Source: an uncultured Anaerolineaceae bacterium (GTDB lineage Bacteria > Chloroflexota > Anaerolineae > Anaerolineales > E44-bin32). From it: a DNA stretch of 64,000 nt. The stretch covers positions 66,951 through 130,950 of the forward strand of contig CAYMCO010000001.1 of NCBI GenBank assembly GCA_964388955.1. The letters are read 5' to 3'. A model generated the notes under the pieces. The model was not told the origin of the DNA. It saw only the letters and a list, made by a program, of their open reading frames with translations, and made no database searches. The position numbers and the translations under genes were made by a program. Shown here one piece after another: positions 22,424 through 32,732 of the stretch (positions within the stretch are counted from its first letter, which is position 1; the number at the start of each line of letters is the position of its first letter).

Positions 22424-23183
22424 GCGGGATGCGCGATGCGCTGGGCGCCATGCGCGGAATTCTTGTCGAGATGATCCGCGTGCAGGAGAGAGGCGGAGAG
22501 GCAGACGCCGGTGTGTATCTACAGGCCCCTCAGGAGACTTCCACCCGCACCGAGGGCGACCTAACCCCCCGGCATCTTTCCCTCAGGGAAGGGAGAGTCT
22601 TGGTCCGGCATCCGGGCAGGGCCGATGAAAGCTCAGTTAGCAGCCCGCGCTCGCACTCCCGGGCGGGGGGATCGATCCCTCCCCGGCGAAAGGGCGGCGG
22701 GAGAGGGTGGACACATGCTGCCCATGTGCACGAAGCAGAGCTTCGTGACTCCACAGGTACATTTGGCGCGCACCGGGAGGACGTATGGAGTCGCCAAGCT
22801 CTGCTTGGCGCTGAAGCGAAGCTTCAGGTGATTGGCGGGCAGTTGACTGGTGGACGGGATCTCAGCGAGAGGCCTCCCGCGATCGCTGGCACGCCGCGCA
22901 GGCCCAACAGACCATGAAGCGGGAGCCAAGGGCGGGTGAGCTACCCGGCGGGCAATAGCCCATGAGGCCTCCTCATTCACCTGCAGGCCCGACGGGGTCC
23001 GTGTGATCCGGCCGAGAGCGGGCCGCGCTATGGGGTCCAGGGGTCTGCCGCTCGACGCCATAGCGGCGGATTTCCCCTGAAGGATCGGTGAGACATGCGG
23101 GAGGCACGGGGCGTGGGCGGTGGTCCACCGCTGCGCACCGGCGAAAGGGAATCTTCCGCAGGCCAAGACTCGCCTCGTGCCGG

Positions 23184-24524
23184 CTACCCCTCGTCCCGTG
23201 GCCGCAGTTCCTCCGCCTTCTCGAGCAGGCGGCGGACTCGGCCGGCGCCGCCAGCGTCGCCGCCGCGTTCGAGCCGCTGGGCAGTGGCCTGCAGCGCGCC
23301 GATGAGCAGGTCGTCGATCTGACCGGCGGAAGCCCCCAGCATCTCGAGGGCCAGCGCCTCGTCCGCCTGGTCCAGCAATCGTTGGGCGAGCTGCAGGCTA
23401 GGCGGCAGCGAGTCCCGGATCACCTTCCTCAGACGCGCGTCGATTTCGCGCAACCGGGTCTGAGCGTCCTCGTCGCCTCGCTCCTTTGCGGCCCGCAGGT
23501 TCGCCTGCAAGATGCCGAGGAACAGCTCGTCCACAAAGGGCAGCGCCTCCTCGACGGCCTGATCGAGATCCTCACTTTCCATGAGAGAGCGCAGCAGGGC
23601 TGCGGACTCCATGGCGCGCGCCTCCTGCGCCTGATCGATTCCCTCCGTCAGCCTCAGCAACCGCGAACGAAGCGCGGCCATGCGCTCACGCTCAGGCCCT
23701 TCAACACTCTCCATCCGCTCGGTCAATTGCTGGAAGAAAACGTAGTCGAAAGCCGGACGCGCCAGGCGCACGAGCGCTTCGACGTGCTCGTCGTCCGGGG
23801 CGGAGAGTGCCAGTTCCAGCAGATCTTCGCGTCCCAGATTCTCGCCGAGTTCTTGCAGTTTTCGGGCGATATCCTGAAGCGCGTCCTCCTTGGCCAACAG
23901 CCGCATCCCGTAGGAGCTGTGCTGCAGCATGAGCTGAATGCGCTTGTCGGCGCGATCGCGCGCCTGCTCATCTCTTGCGGTCTGCAGGGAGAGCGCAGCG
24001 AGTTGGAAGAACGTATCGTCCAGCTCCTCATCGTGCCGCTGGGCGAAGTCGGGCAGCTCCTCTTCAGGCATCGTGAGCATCTGCTCGAAGAGGCGGACCC
24101 GCTCGCGCTGGGCTTCGATTTGCTCGCGCGTGATCCCATCGGCCTCCAGCACTCGCTCGACGAGTCCCTGCATGGTCAGCGCGGCCTGCGGCTGCAGCAG
24201 GTAGCCCTTCCGCTTTTCAGCAGGAAGACGATCGATGATCTCATTGATCAGCCGTCCGATGGCCCGCTCCTGTTCGTCCTTCTCAAGCGGGACCTGACTG
24301 GGGACAAAAGTCAGCAGGAGCTCCTTTTCGGGGTCGTGATATACAAGCGGGGCAGCGATCTGCCCCTCAAAACCGCAAATTGGGCAACGAACGACGTTCA
24401 AGCTGCCCGAGAGAAGACGGGCCTTCGACGCCGGGTCCTGCGAAATATCGACTACCTGCTCGATGCGAGCCTGGATGGGGTTTGAACACTGCGGGCAGCG
24501 GATCTGGGTCATTGCTTGTGGCAT
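23184..24524 (-). CDS. CpXC-domain protein with a long acidic helical C-terminal region
   Basis: Two CpXC motifs (IRCPQCSNPI, VRCPICGFEG), then about 350 aa of E/L/R-rich helical sequence. Confidence 0.75.
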   Translation of the reverse strand: MPQAMTQIRCPQCSNPIQARIEQVVDISQDPASKARLLSGSLNVVRCPICGFEGQIAAPLVYHDPEKELLLTFVPSQVPLEKDEQERAIGRLINEIIDRLPAEKRKGYLLQPQAALTMQGLVERVLEADGITREQIEAQRERVRLFEQMLTMPEEELPDFAQRHDEELDDTFFQLAALSLQTARDEQARDRADKRIQLMLQHSSYGMRLLAKEDALQDIARKLQELGENLGREDLLELALSAPDDEHVEALVRLARPAFDYVFFQQLTERMESVEGPERERMAALRSRLLRLTEGIDQAQEARAMESAALLRSLMESEDLDQAVEEALPFVDELFLGILQANLRAAKERGDEDAQTRLREIDARLRKVIRDSLPPSLQLAQRLLDQADEALALEMLGASAGQIDDLLIGALQATAQRLERGGDAGGAGRVRRLLEKAEELRPRDEG

Positions 24525-24554
24525 AGACTGTCCTTTGGTGGATCTACTCCGCGG

Positions 24555-26108
24555 TCAGGTTCTGGGTAGTGAGAAGCAAATGCGTGCCCCATGCTGGACA
24601 GCCGAATCCACCCAGATGTGACCACCATGCGCCTCGACAACGGCTTTGGCTAGAAAGAGCCCCAACCCGGCTCCCTTCGTGCGGGCTGCTGCCTCTCCGC
24701 CTCGATAGAAGCGGTCGAATATCATGCCGGATTCTTCCGGGGCGATGCCGGGCCCCTCATCCTTCACACACACCGTCACATCCCGGTCGGTGGCGCTTCC
24801 CTGGATGAGGATTTCTCCGCCGGCAGGGGAGTATTTTACTGCGTTTGACAGCAGGTTGGTCACCACCTGCGTGATGCGTTCCTCGTCAGCGCGCAGCACA
24901 GGGAATTTCTCCGGAAATTCCAGGCGAAAGGTGTGGTTTTCGGACTGGGTTCTGAAGCGGGTGACCAGCCGCTCACACAACCGATCCAATTCGACCTCCG
25001 ACAGATTGAGCAGCAGCCCCCCTGCCTGTAGACGCGAGGCGTAAAGCAGATCGTCGATCAATTGGGTCAGCCGATCGGCTTCCTCCTCGATCACCTGCAG
25101 GCTTTGTCGGGTCACAGAAGGATCCCACTCGGCGTCCTCCCTTCTCAGAGTGCCGACATACCCCTTGATGAGCGCCACAGGGGTTCGCAGTTCATGGCTG
25201 ATGATAGAGATGAAAGTGCTCTTGAGCTCATCCGCTTGGCGGAATTTGGTGATATCCCGCATGTTGCCGACGATGCTCAAAAGCCTGCCGTCTGGCGAGA
25301 TCACGGGGGCATAGGTGATCCCCACGCTCACTGTCTTTCCATCGTTCTTGACCAGATCGCCCTCAACGTAGAGCGAGGCGCCTGGCGAGGGGGGCCAGCC
25401 TTCGTCTCTCGCTTCCGGCAAGGTGGGGCCGGTGGTCACCTTCTTCCACTGCACGACCCGCTTGTGATCCCAGCCCGAGACCTGGCCTTGTGAATAGCCG
25501 GTGAGGAAGCTGCAAGCCCTGTTGAACCGCGAGATGCGGAGCTCGGGGTCCAAGATGAAGATTCCGTCGGCCGCGGAGTCCAGCACCGTATCCAGGTATT
25601 GCTTCTGCTGTGCCACCTGCGAATACAGACTGGCGTTCTGCACGGCGATGGCAGCCTGGGTCGCGAACCCACCGAGGAGCTCCCGGTCATCCTGGGAGAA
25701 GCTGCCCCGGTAAGCGCGGAAGACGAAGATCACCCCGACGACTTCGTTCTGCGCGATCATGGGCAGCCCTATGCCGGTCAGCAGGCCAAGTGAGGCCGCC
25801 TCCGTAATGCGCCGCAGCCGGCGGTTGACCTCCGGCAATTCGAACCGCTGTGCATCCTGGTGCGGGGGGATGTCCGCCAGAAGGCGGCTCATGCCGGACA
25901 GGAATGACTGCTGAATGCCTACCGCAGAGCTGATGCGCCAGCCCCGATCCTCGGTTCGAAGTGCGATGATCCCCGCCCGACCGGCGAGCAGCTCGATGGA
26001 GACGTGCAAGATCCTCGATAATACCTTGCTGAGATCGAGCTCCTCGGTGATCGCTCTGGAAATCTCGAGCACATAGTTGCGCTGGCGAACGCGCCGGTCA
26101 GGAAGCAT
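24555..26108 (-). CDS. Cytoplasmic sensor histidine kinase (GAF-PAS-HisKA-HATPase)
   Basis: H-box FISIISHELRTPV, N box NLLSNAVKYS, G boxes DEGPGI and GAGLGLFLAK. No TM segments and no adjacent response regulator. Confidence 0.9.
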   Translation of the reverse strand: MLPDRRVRQRNYVLEISRAITEELDLSKVLSRILHVSIELLAGRAGIIALRTEDRGWRISSAVGIQQSFLSGMSRLLADIPPHQDAQRFELPEVNRRLRRITEAASLGLLTGIGLPMIAQNEVVGVIFVFRAYRGSFSQDDRELLGGFATQAAIAVQNASLYSQVAQQKQYLDTVLDSAADGIFILDPELRISRFNRACSFLTGYSQGQVSGWDHKRVVQWKKVTTGPTLPEARDEGWPPSPGASLYVEGDLVKNDGKTVSVGITYAPVISPDGRLLSIVGNMRDITKFRQADELKSTFISIISHELRTPVALIKGYVGTLRREDAEWDPSVTRQSLQVIEEEADRLTQLIDDLLYASRLQAGGLLLNLSEVELDRLCERLVTRFRTQSENHTFRLEFPEKFPVLRADEERITQVVTNLLSNAVKYSPAGGEILIQGSATDRDVTVCVKDEGPGIAPEESGMIFDRFYRGGEAAARTKGAGLGLFLAKAVVEAHGGHIWVDSAVQHGARICFSLPRT

Positions 26109-26114
26109 ATTTGA

Positions 26115-27437
26115 TCAGCCATTCACCTCTTTTGCGGCCTGTGCAAGTGAAGCCTCCAAGATTCCCAGCCCCTCATCCATCATATCGGTCGTGATGTTGA
26201 GGGGCGGCGCCACACGAATGGTGCTCTTGCCGCATCCGAGGGTGATCAAGCCCGACTGGAAAGCCACATCGACCGCCCGATCGCGCAGTTTCTCCGCTGG
26301 TTCGAAGGAGTCACTGTCCTTCACCAGTTCCACGCCGATCATCAAGCCCTTGCCCCTCACACTGCCGATGCAGGGCTGCCGGGCCTGTATCTCCGACAGG
26401 GCGTCGAGCGTATACTCCCCGACCTCGGCTGCGTTCTGCATCATTTCTCTCTCAATCAGGTCTATTGTGGCGAGGGCGGCGCGGCAGGCAAGCGGATTGC
26501 CGCCGAAGGTGTTGGCATGCGCCCCCGGTGGCCAATCCATGATCTCCTTCCTGGCAATTACGGCCCCAATGGGGACGCCGGATGCAAGCCCTTTGGCCAT
26601 AGTGATGATATCGGGCTCCACCCCCCAGTGCTCCACCGCCCACCATTTGCCGGTGCGGCCCAAACCGGATTGCACCTCGTCCGTGATCAAGAAGATGCCG
26701 TGCTTGTCACACAAGCGCCGCAAAGCCGGGAGGAAGCCGTCAGGGGGAACCACGTAGCCCCCCTCTCCCTGGATGGGTTCCACAACAATGGCAGCGCAGT
26801 CGTCCGGGGAGATCTTGTGCGCGAAAACGGTGTTTTCTATATAGTTGACAACCGTCTCGCCGTAGTCCTCGCTGGTCGGCAGAAGCGTCTTGTGCAGTGG
26901 GTCCGGATAGGGGACATGGGTTACGCTCTGCATCACCGGGTCAAAACCCGAGCGATAGCGGTTCTTGCTCGCGGTAAAGGCGAGGGCTCCCATGGTGCGG
27001 CCGTGAAAAGCCCCGAAGAACGCCACGAACTGCCCCCTACCGCTCTTGAAGCGCGCCAGCTTGACCGCTGCCTCCACCGCCTCAGCCCCCGAGTTTGCCA
27101 GAAACACCCTGGCCGGCCCTTTGAAAGGGGCAATCGACGCCAAGCGCTCGGACAGCTCGATCCAAGAGCGGTGGTAGAAGTCGGAGGAGATATGGAGGAA
27201 CCGCTCCGCCTGGTCCTTGATGGCAGCCACGACCTGCGGGTGGGAGTATCCGGTGGAGCACACCACCAGTCCGGCGGATAGATCGATGTACCGGTTCCCG
27301 TCCACATCCCACACTTCCGAGCCCTTTCCATGGTCCATAACAAAAGGATAGGGGCGTGTATAGGATGGTGAAACAACCGCTTGATCGCGCTCGATCAATT
27401 CCTTGGCCCTGGGACCGGGGATCAATTCTTGATTCAC
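26115..27437 (-). CDS. Class-III PLP-dependent aminotransferase (GabT/ArgD-like)
   Basis: 440 aa. Family blocks VWDVDGNRYIDLSAG, FLITDEVQSGLGRTG and the PLP-Lys context DIITMAKGLASG. Confidence 0.9.
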   Translation of the reverse strand: MNQELIPGPRAKELIERDQAVVSPSYTRPYPFVMDHGKGSEVWDVDGNRYIDLSAGLVVCSTGYSHPQVVAAIKDQAERFLHISSDFYHRSWIELSERLASIAPFKGPARVFLANSGAEAVEAAVKLARFKSGRGQFVAFFGAFHGRTMGALAFTASKNRYRSGFDPVMQSVTHVPYPDPLHKTLLPTSEDYGETVVNYIENTVFAHKISPDDCAAIVVEPIQGEGGYVVPPDGFLPALRRLCDKHGIFLITDEVQSGLGRTGKWWAVEHWGVEPDIITMAKGLASGVPIGAVIARKEIMDWPPGAHANTFGGNPLACRAALATIDLIEREMMQNAAEVGEYTLDALSEIQARQPCIGSVRGKGLMIGVELVKDSDSFEPAEKLRDRAVDVAFQSGLITLGCGKSTIRVAPPLNITTDMMDEGLGILEASLAQAAKEVNG

Positions 27438-27672
27438 CTTTCTTCCTCCTGGAAGATGACGGCCGCCGGAGGAGATGCGCTCCCTCTTGCTCGCGTTTGT
27501 GGAGAGCAGAGTAGAAGCGATCCTCGGCCGGCGGTCTCTGGGGAGAGTTCCCCATCTGTGGGTTCAGGCACAGCACGATTATATAACAACCCGTCTTTGC
27601 GCGTGGGTCCGGCCAGGTGTATAAAAAGAAGTGACAAAGGGGAGAGTGACAGTGCTTCCATGGAGGAGAGCG

Positions 27673-29361
27673 ATGGACGACCGTCCGTGGTTCGAATACT
27701 ACGACGAAGGGGTTCCGAGGAGCATTGATTACCCGGAGATCCCGCTGCACCAAATGCTGCAGGAATCCGCCGCCAAGTATCCGGATCGACCCTGTACGAT
27801 CTTCAACGGCGCCGAGATTTCTTACGCGGAGATGGACGCCCTCACCGATCGCTTGGCCGCAGGATTGGTCGACCTGGGGGTGAAGAAGGGGCAGCCTGTC
27901 GGAATCTTCATGCCGAACACCCCCCAGTTCGTGCTCGCCTACTTTGGTATCTTGAAGGCGGGTGGTATTGTGGTCGCCACAAACCCGCTCTACACGGGGC
28001 GGGAAATCGAACACCAGCTCAAGGATTCGGGGCTGGAGATCATGCTCGTGATGAGCAACTTTTACAATCTGATCAAGCAGGTGCAGCCGCAGACGGGGCT
28101 GAAGCGCCTAGTCGTCACCAACATCAAGGAATACCTGCCTGGGCTTCTGAAGAGCATGTTCACACTGTTCCGGGAAAAGAAGGGGGGCTTCCGGGTGCGG
28201 GTCCGGGACGATGACCTTTGGTTGCAGGATCTTCTTTCCAGGCACTCCCCGGAGGACCGCCCGCAGATCGAAATCGGTGCGGGTGACCGGGCGCTGTTCC
28301 AGTACAGCGGCGGCACCACTGGCGTCTCCAAGGCGGCTGTTGCGAGCCACCGGAATCTGGTGGCGAACAGCCTGCAGATTCGATACTGGATGCCTCAACT
28401 GGAGGAGGGCAGGGAGACTGTGCTCATGGCCATTCCGCTGTTTCATGTGTACGGGATGGTCGCCGGGATGACATTTGCCATCGCCGGCAGCGCCTCCATG
28501 GTGATGATTCCCAATCCGCGCGATATGAAGGATGTGCTCAGCAGCATCGACAGGTACAAGCCGACCCTATACCCGGGCGTGCCGACCATGTATAACGCCA
28601 TCAACAACCATCCGGACGTGCTCGCCGGGAAGTATGATCTGAGTTCGATAAAGGCTTGCATCTCCGGCTCGGCGCCGCTGATGCGGGAGACCAAGGAGAC
28701 CTTCGAGACCTTGACCGGCGGCAAGCTGGTGGAAGGCTACGGACTGTCGGAGGCGCCGACCGCCACGCACTGCAACCCGCTGCAGGGCGAGGCTCGAATC
28801 GGCTCCATCGGCCTGCCGCTGCCCGATGTGGATGCGCGCATCGTCGACCTGGACGACGGCGAGACTACCTTGCCGGTGGGAGAGATCGGGGAGCTGGTCA
28901 TCCAATCCCCCAATGTGATGCTGGGCTACCACAACATGCCCACCGAGACGGAGAACACCCTCCGGGATGGATGGCTATACACGGGTGACATCGCGCGCAT
29001 GGATGCTGAGGGATACTTCTACATCGTCGATCGCAAGAAGGAGCTGATCAAGCCCAGCGGGTATCAGGTGTGGCCGCGAGAGGTGGAAGAGGTCATCCAG
29101 GAGAATCCCAAGGTGCTGGAGGTGGGAGTGGCGGGGGTGCCGGATGCGTACCGCGGGGAGACGGTGAAAGCCTGGGTGGTCCTCAAGCCTGGCGAGACAG
29201 CCAGCGAGGACGAGATTCGTGAGTGGTGTCGAGAGCGAATCGCGCCTTTCAAGATCCCCACGCAGGTGGAGTTCCGGGACGAACTCCCCAAGACCACGGT
29301 GGGAAAAGTGCTGCGCAGGGAATTGGTTCGGCAGCATAAAGGGCGGGAAGAGGGAGGCTAG
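27673..29361 (+). CDS. Long-chain-fatty-acid--CoA ligase (AMP-binding family)
   Basis: AMP-binding motif FQYSGGTTGVSKAAVASHRN, then GYGLSE, YTGDIARMDAEGYFYIVDRKK and KTTVGKVLRREL. Start at ATG 27673 after GGAGGAGAG. Confidence 0.9.
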   Translation: MDDRPWFEYYDEGVPRSIDYPEIPLHQMLQESAAKYPDRPCTIFNGAEISYAEMDALTDRLAAGLVDLGVKKGQPVGIFMPNTPQFVLAYFGILKAGGIVVATNPLYTGREIEHQLKDSGLEIMLVMSNFYNLIKQVQPQTGLKRLVVTNIKEYLPGLLKSMFTLFREKKGGFRVRVRDDDLWLQDLLSRHSPEDRPQIEIGAGDRALFQYSGGTTGVSKAAVASHRNLVANSLQIRYWMPQLEEGRETVLMAIPLFHVYGMVAGMTFAIAGSASMVMIPNPRDMKDVLSSIDRYKPTLYPGVPTMYNAINNHPDVLAGKYDLSSIKACISGSAPLMRETKETFETLTGGKLVEGYGLSEAPTATHCNPLQGEARIGSIGLPLPDVDARIVDLDDGETTLPVGEIGELVIQSPNVMLGYHNMPTETENTLRDGWLYTGDIARMDAEGYFYIVDRKKELIKPSGYQVWPREVEEVIQENPKVLEVGVAGVPDAYRGETVKAWVVLKPGETASEDEIREWCRERIAPFKIPTQVEFRDELPKTTVGKVLRRELVRQHKGREEGG

Positions 29362-29536
29362 CGGCCCGGCGGCCCCGGCCTTGTTGAAGGTAGGGGCGTC
29401 GATCAGATCGATCCGCCGACCGGCAATTCGCCCCGGAGAATCACAACGCCCCTCCAGACAGTCAAAGGCAGGCTAGCGGAAGGGCGTTTGGGGACGGCGC
29501 GCGCCGACCACACTGGCGCCGCGAAGCGTCGCTGAA

Positions 29537-31414
29537 TCAGGAATGGCGCGATGACTTGAGCGCGGTCAAGGGAACCGGGGTGCCGCCATTCTTCTCCGGC
29601 ACCGCCACCTCCTCAAAGAGCGCTTCGAACTCATCTCTATCGAGCGTCTCGACATCAATAAGCTTCTCGGCAATGGCGTCCAGCTGCCCCCGATATCTCC
29701 TCAAGATGTCCACGGCGCGCTCATAGGACTGGCCGACGAGCCGGCTGACCTCGATATCAATCCGCTCAGCCACACTCTCGGAATAGTCCCGTTGCTCTGA
29801 GATTTCGCGCCCCAAGAAGATCAATTCCTCTTTCTGCCCGAAAACCATCGGACCCAGATCCTCGCTCATCCCGAAGCGGGTCACCATCTGCCTGGCCATC
29901 TTGGTCACGCGTTCGAGGTCATTCGAGGCGCCGGAGGTGATGTCGTCGAAGACCAACTCCTCAGCAGCCCGTCCTCCGAGCGCGCTGGTCATGTCGGCGA
30001 GAATCTTGTTGCGGGCCACCAGTTTCCGGTCATCTTCGGGCAGGGCCAGGGTGTAGCCCTCCGCCATTCCCCGGGCGATGATGCTCACTTTGTGAACGAT
30101 GTCTGCCTCCGGGATGACATGCATCACCACGGCGTGACCGGCCTCATGATAGGCGACGATTCGCTTCTCCTCGTCGCCCATGATGCGGCTTCTTCGCTCC
30201 GGGCCGGCGATGACGCGCTCGATGGACTCCTGGAATTCATCCTGTCCGATGGTTTTCTTGTCACGGCGGGCCGCCAGGATGGCCGCCTCATTTACCAGGT
30301 TTTCAAGGTCCGCCCCCACGAATCCGGGCGTCGCCTTGGCGATGATATCCAGAGAGACGCTGGGTTCCAGCGGCTTGCCGCGCGTGTGCACGTTCAAGAT
30401 CGCCTTGCGGCCGCGCATATCCGGCCGGTCGAGCACCACCCGGCGATCAAATCGGCCCGGCCGGAGCAAGGCGGGATCGAGCACGTCTGGGCGGTTGGTG
30501 GCCGCGACCACGATCACGTTGGTGTCCGTGTCGAATCCGTCCATCTCGACCAGCATCTGATTCAGGGTTTGTTCCCGCTCGTCATGGCTGCCGCCCAGCC
30601 CTGCGCCGCGCTGGCGGCCGACGGCGTCGATCTCATCCACGAAAACGATGCAGGGCGAGTGTCGCTTGGCCTGGTCGAAAAGATCGCGCACCCGGCTGGC
30701 GCCGACGCCGACGAACATCTCGACGAATTCTGACCCCGAAATCGAGAAGAACGGTACCCCGGCCTCCCCCGAGACGGCTTTCGCCATCAGCGTCTTCCCA
30801 GTGCCCGGCGCGCCGATGAGCAGCACACCTTTCGGTATCCGCGCCCCCAGCGCGATGAATTTATCCGGCTCCTTGAGGAATTCGACGACCTCGTAGAGCT
30901 CCTCCTTGGCCTCCTCCACCCCGGCCACATCGTCGAAGGTGACCGTTGGCTGCTCGCCCGTGAACATCCGCGCCCGGCTCTTGCCGAAGGCCATCGCCTG
31001 GTTGTTTGTTCCTTGGGCTTGGCGCAGCATCATCCAAATGAGCCCGACTACCAAGAGCGCGGGCAAGATATAGGTCACCAAGCTGATGACGCTGTTCCAA
31101 TCGCTGGGGCGTTTGATCTCCACTTTGACATGATCTGAATTGAGCTGCGCAGGGGTGACATTCAGATCGAGAAGCTGCTCCACAAAGGTCTTTGAGGGCT
31201 CTTTTCTCGATACCCGATTCGTGCCATCGTTGAAGATCACATTGAGGTCATCGCCGTCCACCACTACTCGGCTCACCTGGCCTGCCTGGATCGCCTCCGC
31301 CAGTTCGTTGATGTAGAGCGGATCCGGCTTTGGCGCTCCAACCTGGAACTGAATCACCAGCACGCCGATGATCAGCAACAGAATGATCAAAACCAGCGAG
31401 TTTCGGCCTCGCAT
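29537..31414 (-). CDS. ftsH: ATP-dependent zinc metalloprotease FtsH
   Basis: Walker A GAPGTGKT, second region of homology (SRH) [19 protein letters not shown] and HEAGHAV zinc site. Start at ATG 31414 (MRGRNS), before the N-terminal TM segment. Confidence 0.96.
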   Translation of the reverse strand: MRGRNSLVLIILLLIIGVLVIQFQVGAPKPDPLYINELAEAIQAGQVSRVVVDGDDLNVIFNDGTNRVSRKEPSKTFVEQLLDLNVTPAQLNSDHVKVEIKRPSDWNSVISLVTYILPALLVVGLIWMMLRQAQGTNNQAMAFGKSRARMFTGEQPTVTFDDVAGVEEAKEELYEVVEFLKEPDKFIALGARIPKGVLLIGAPGTGKTLMAKAVSGEAGVPFFSISGSEFVEMFVGVGASRVRDLFDQAKRHSPCIVFVDEIDAVGRQRGAGLGGSHDEREQTLNQMLVEMDGFDTDTNVIVVAATNRPDVLDPALLRPGRFDRRVVLDRPDMRGRKAILNVHTRGKPLEPSVSLDIIAKATPGFVGADLENLVNEAAILAARRDKKTIGQDEFQESIERVIAGPERRSRIMGDEEKRIVAYHEAGHAVVMHVIPEADIVHKVSIIARGMAEGYTLALPEDDRKLVARNKILADMTSALGGRAAEELVFDDITSGASNDLERVTKMARQMVTRFGMSEDLGPMVFGQKEELIFLGREISEQRDYSESVAERIDIEVSRLVGQSYERAVDILRRYRGQLDAIAEKLIDVETLDRDEFEALFEEVAVPEKNGGTPVPLTALKSSRHS

Positions 31415-31533
31415 TGAATTCACGCTACCCTCCCACCAAACCACCCGACTCTTGAGTTGGGAAATCCGCAATCGGGACGCATCAATTATACCGCAGCGGT
31501 TTTTGAGGAGCCAGTAATCAAAGGAGCTATGCT

Positions 31534-32625
31534 TCAAAAGAGCGGGCAGGTGGGATACAGCAGGCAGACATAGAGCCACAACGGGATCAGCCCGCCGATG
31601 GCCAGGAATGCAATTAGCCCGAGCAGGACCGCCAGCCAATTGATTTCCCCGCTCCTTTCCAGCCAGGGATCCGACAACCGCTGTCGAAGGTCAGGGGTTC
31701 GCGGCGGGTACTCGCGGGTCATGTCAGCCGCCGCTTTCGGAAAACCCGAGATGTCGCGCGGCAAGTCCCGGAGCACGATTCCCAATTGATCCGCGGTGCG
31801 GAACCGGGATGTGGGCTCCTTGGACAGCAGTTTGGTGATCAGTTGATCGACCTGCACGGGAATTTCCGGGTCGATGGAGCGCACCGAGGGGCTCGGGGCG
31901 TTCAAATGCAGAGCGATCAGGCGGTTTGTATCCGGCGCCTGGTAGGGAGGTTCGCCGGTGAGCATCTCGAAGAAGGTCACCCCGAGAGCGTACACGTCGC
32001 TTGCCGGAGAGGGGGGTTCGCCGCGCGCTTGCTCGGGGGACAAATACTGGGGGCTGCCCCAATACTCCTCGTTCTGCTCGTCGGGGCGGATGGAGGCGAG
32101 TGCCCGGGCGATGCCGAAATCGGTCACCTTGGCGCGCCCGTCCGGTGTCACGAGGATGTTATGCGGTTTGAGGTCGCAGTGCACGAGCCCCGCCCGGTGC
32201 GCATAGCCAACAGCGGAGCACACCTGAATCATGATGTCTATGCTCTCGGCAAGGGAAAGGGCGCCCTGTGTTTGGATTCTTGTTTTCAGATCCGTGCCAT
32301 CCACGAATTCCATCACCATGTAATAGCGCGAGTTGTCGTGCCCGAAGTCATGGATGGTGACGATATTCGGATGCGCAAGGTTGGCGGCGGACCGGGCCTC
32401 CTGCAGAAAACGGGCCCTGAATTCCGGATCCTCGGTCAGATCCTCTCTCATGATCTTGATGGCCACATCGCGCTGCAGATTCAAATCGCGCGCTTTGAGG
32501 ACATAGGCCATGCCGCCTTGACCTATTCGCTCTTGGACCTGATAGCGGTCGCCGAGAATGAGTTCGTCTTGCTCCCCATAATCGGACATGCCGAGGATTC
32601 TAGCCGCTCCGGGATGATAAGACAA
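31534..32625 (-). CDS. Ser/Thr protein kinase with C-terminal membrane anchor
   Basis: GQGGMAYV, VAIKIM, HCDLKPHNILV, DFGIAR and a C-terminal TM segment (WLAVLLGLIAFLAIGGLIPLWLYVCLL). Alternative start at 32589. Confidence 0.9.
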   Translation of the reverse strand: MSYHPGAARILGMSDYGEQDELILGDRYQVQERIGQGGMAYVLKARDLNLQRDVAIKIMREDLTEDPEFRARFLQEARSAANLAHPNIVTIHDFGHDNSRYYMVMEFVDGTDLKTRIQTQGALSLAESIDIMIQVCSAVGYAHRAGLVHCDLKPHNILVTPDGRAKVTDFGIARALASIRPDEQNEEYWGSPQYLSPEQARGEPPSPASDVYALGVTFFEMLTGEPPYQAPDTNRLIALHLNAPSPSVRSIDPEIPVQVDQLITKLLSKEPTSRFRTADQLGIVLRDLPRDISGFPKAAADMTREYPPRTPDLRQRLSDPWLERSGEINWLAVLLGLIAFLAIGGLIPLWLYVCLLYPTCPLF

Positions 32626-32732
32626 CTGCGCTATAATTCACACTCGCTGGCTCAGCGAAGGCGAGAATCACGGCTGGAGGTCGGAGAGTCGGGCGCAGCG
32701 CAGGCGACCCTTCTTCCGGTATCAGAGGTGTC

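Noticed and set aside
22424-23183. RNase P RNA, tmRNA or SRP RNA in the convergent spacer
   Set aside because: I looked on both strands for the P4 strands (GGAAAGTCCGG / ACAGAACCCGGCTTA), a tRNA-like 3' end with T-loop and CCA plus a tag ORF, and the SRP domain IV motif. None is present. The region is kept only as an unclassified structured-RNA candidate.
23088-24485. 465-aa plus-strand ORF opposite the CpXC gene
   Set aside because: It is the mirror frame of an E/L/R-rich coding sequence (GAG/CTC codons read as Leu/Gln/Glu). It has no motifs, whereas the minus-strand frame carries the CpXC motifs and operon-compatible spacing.
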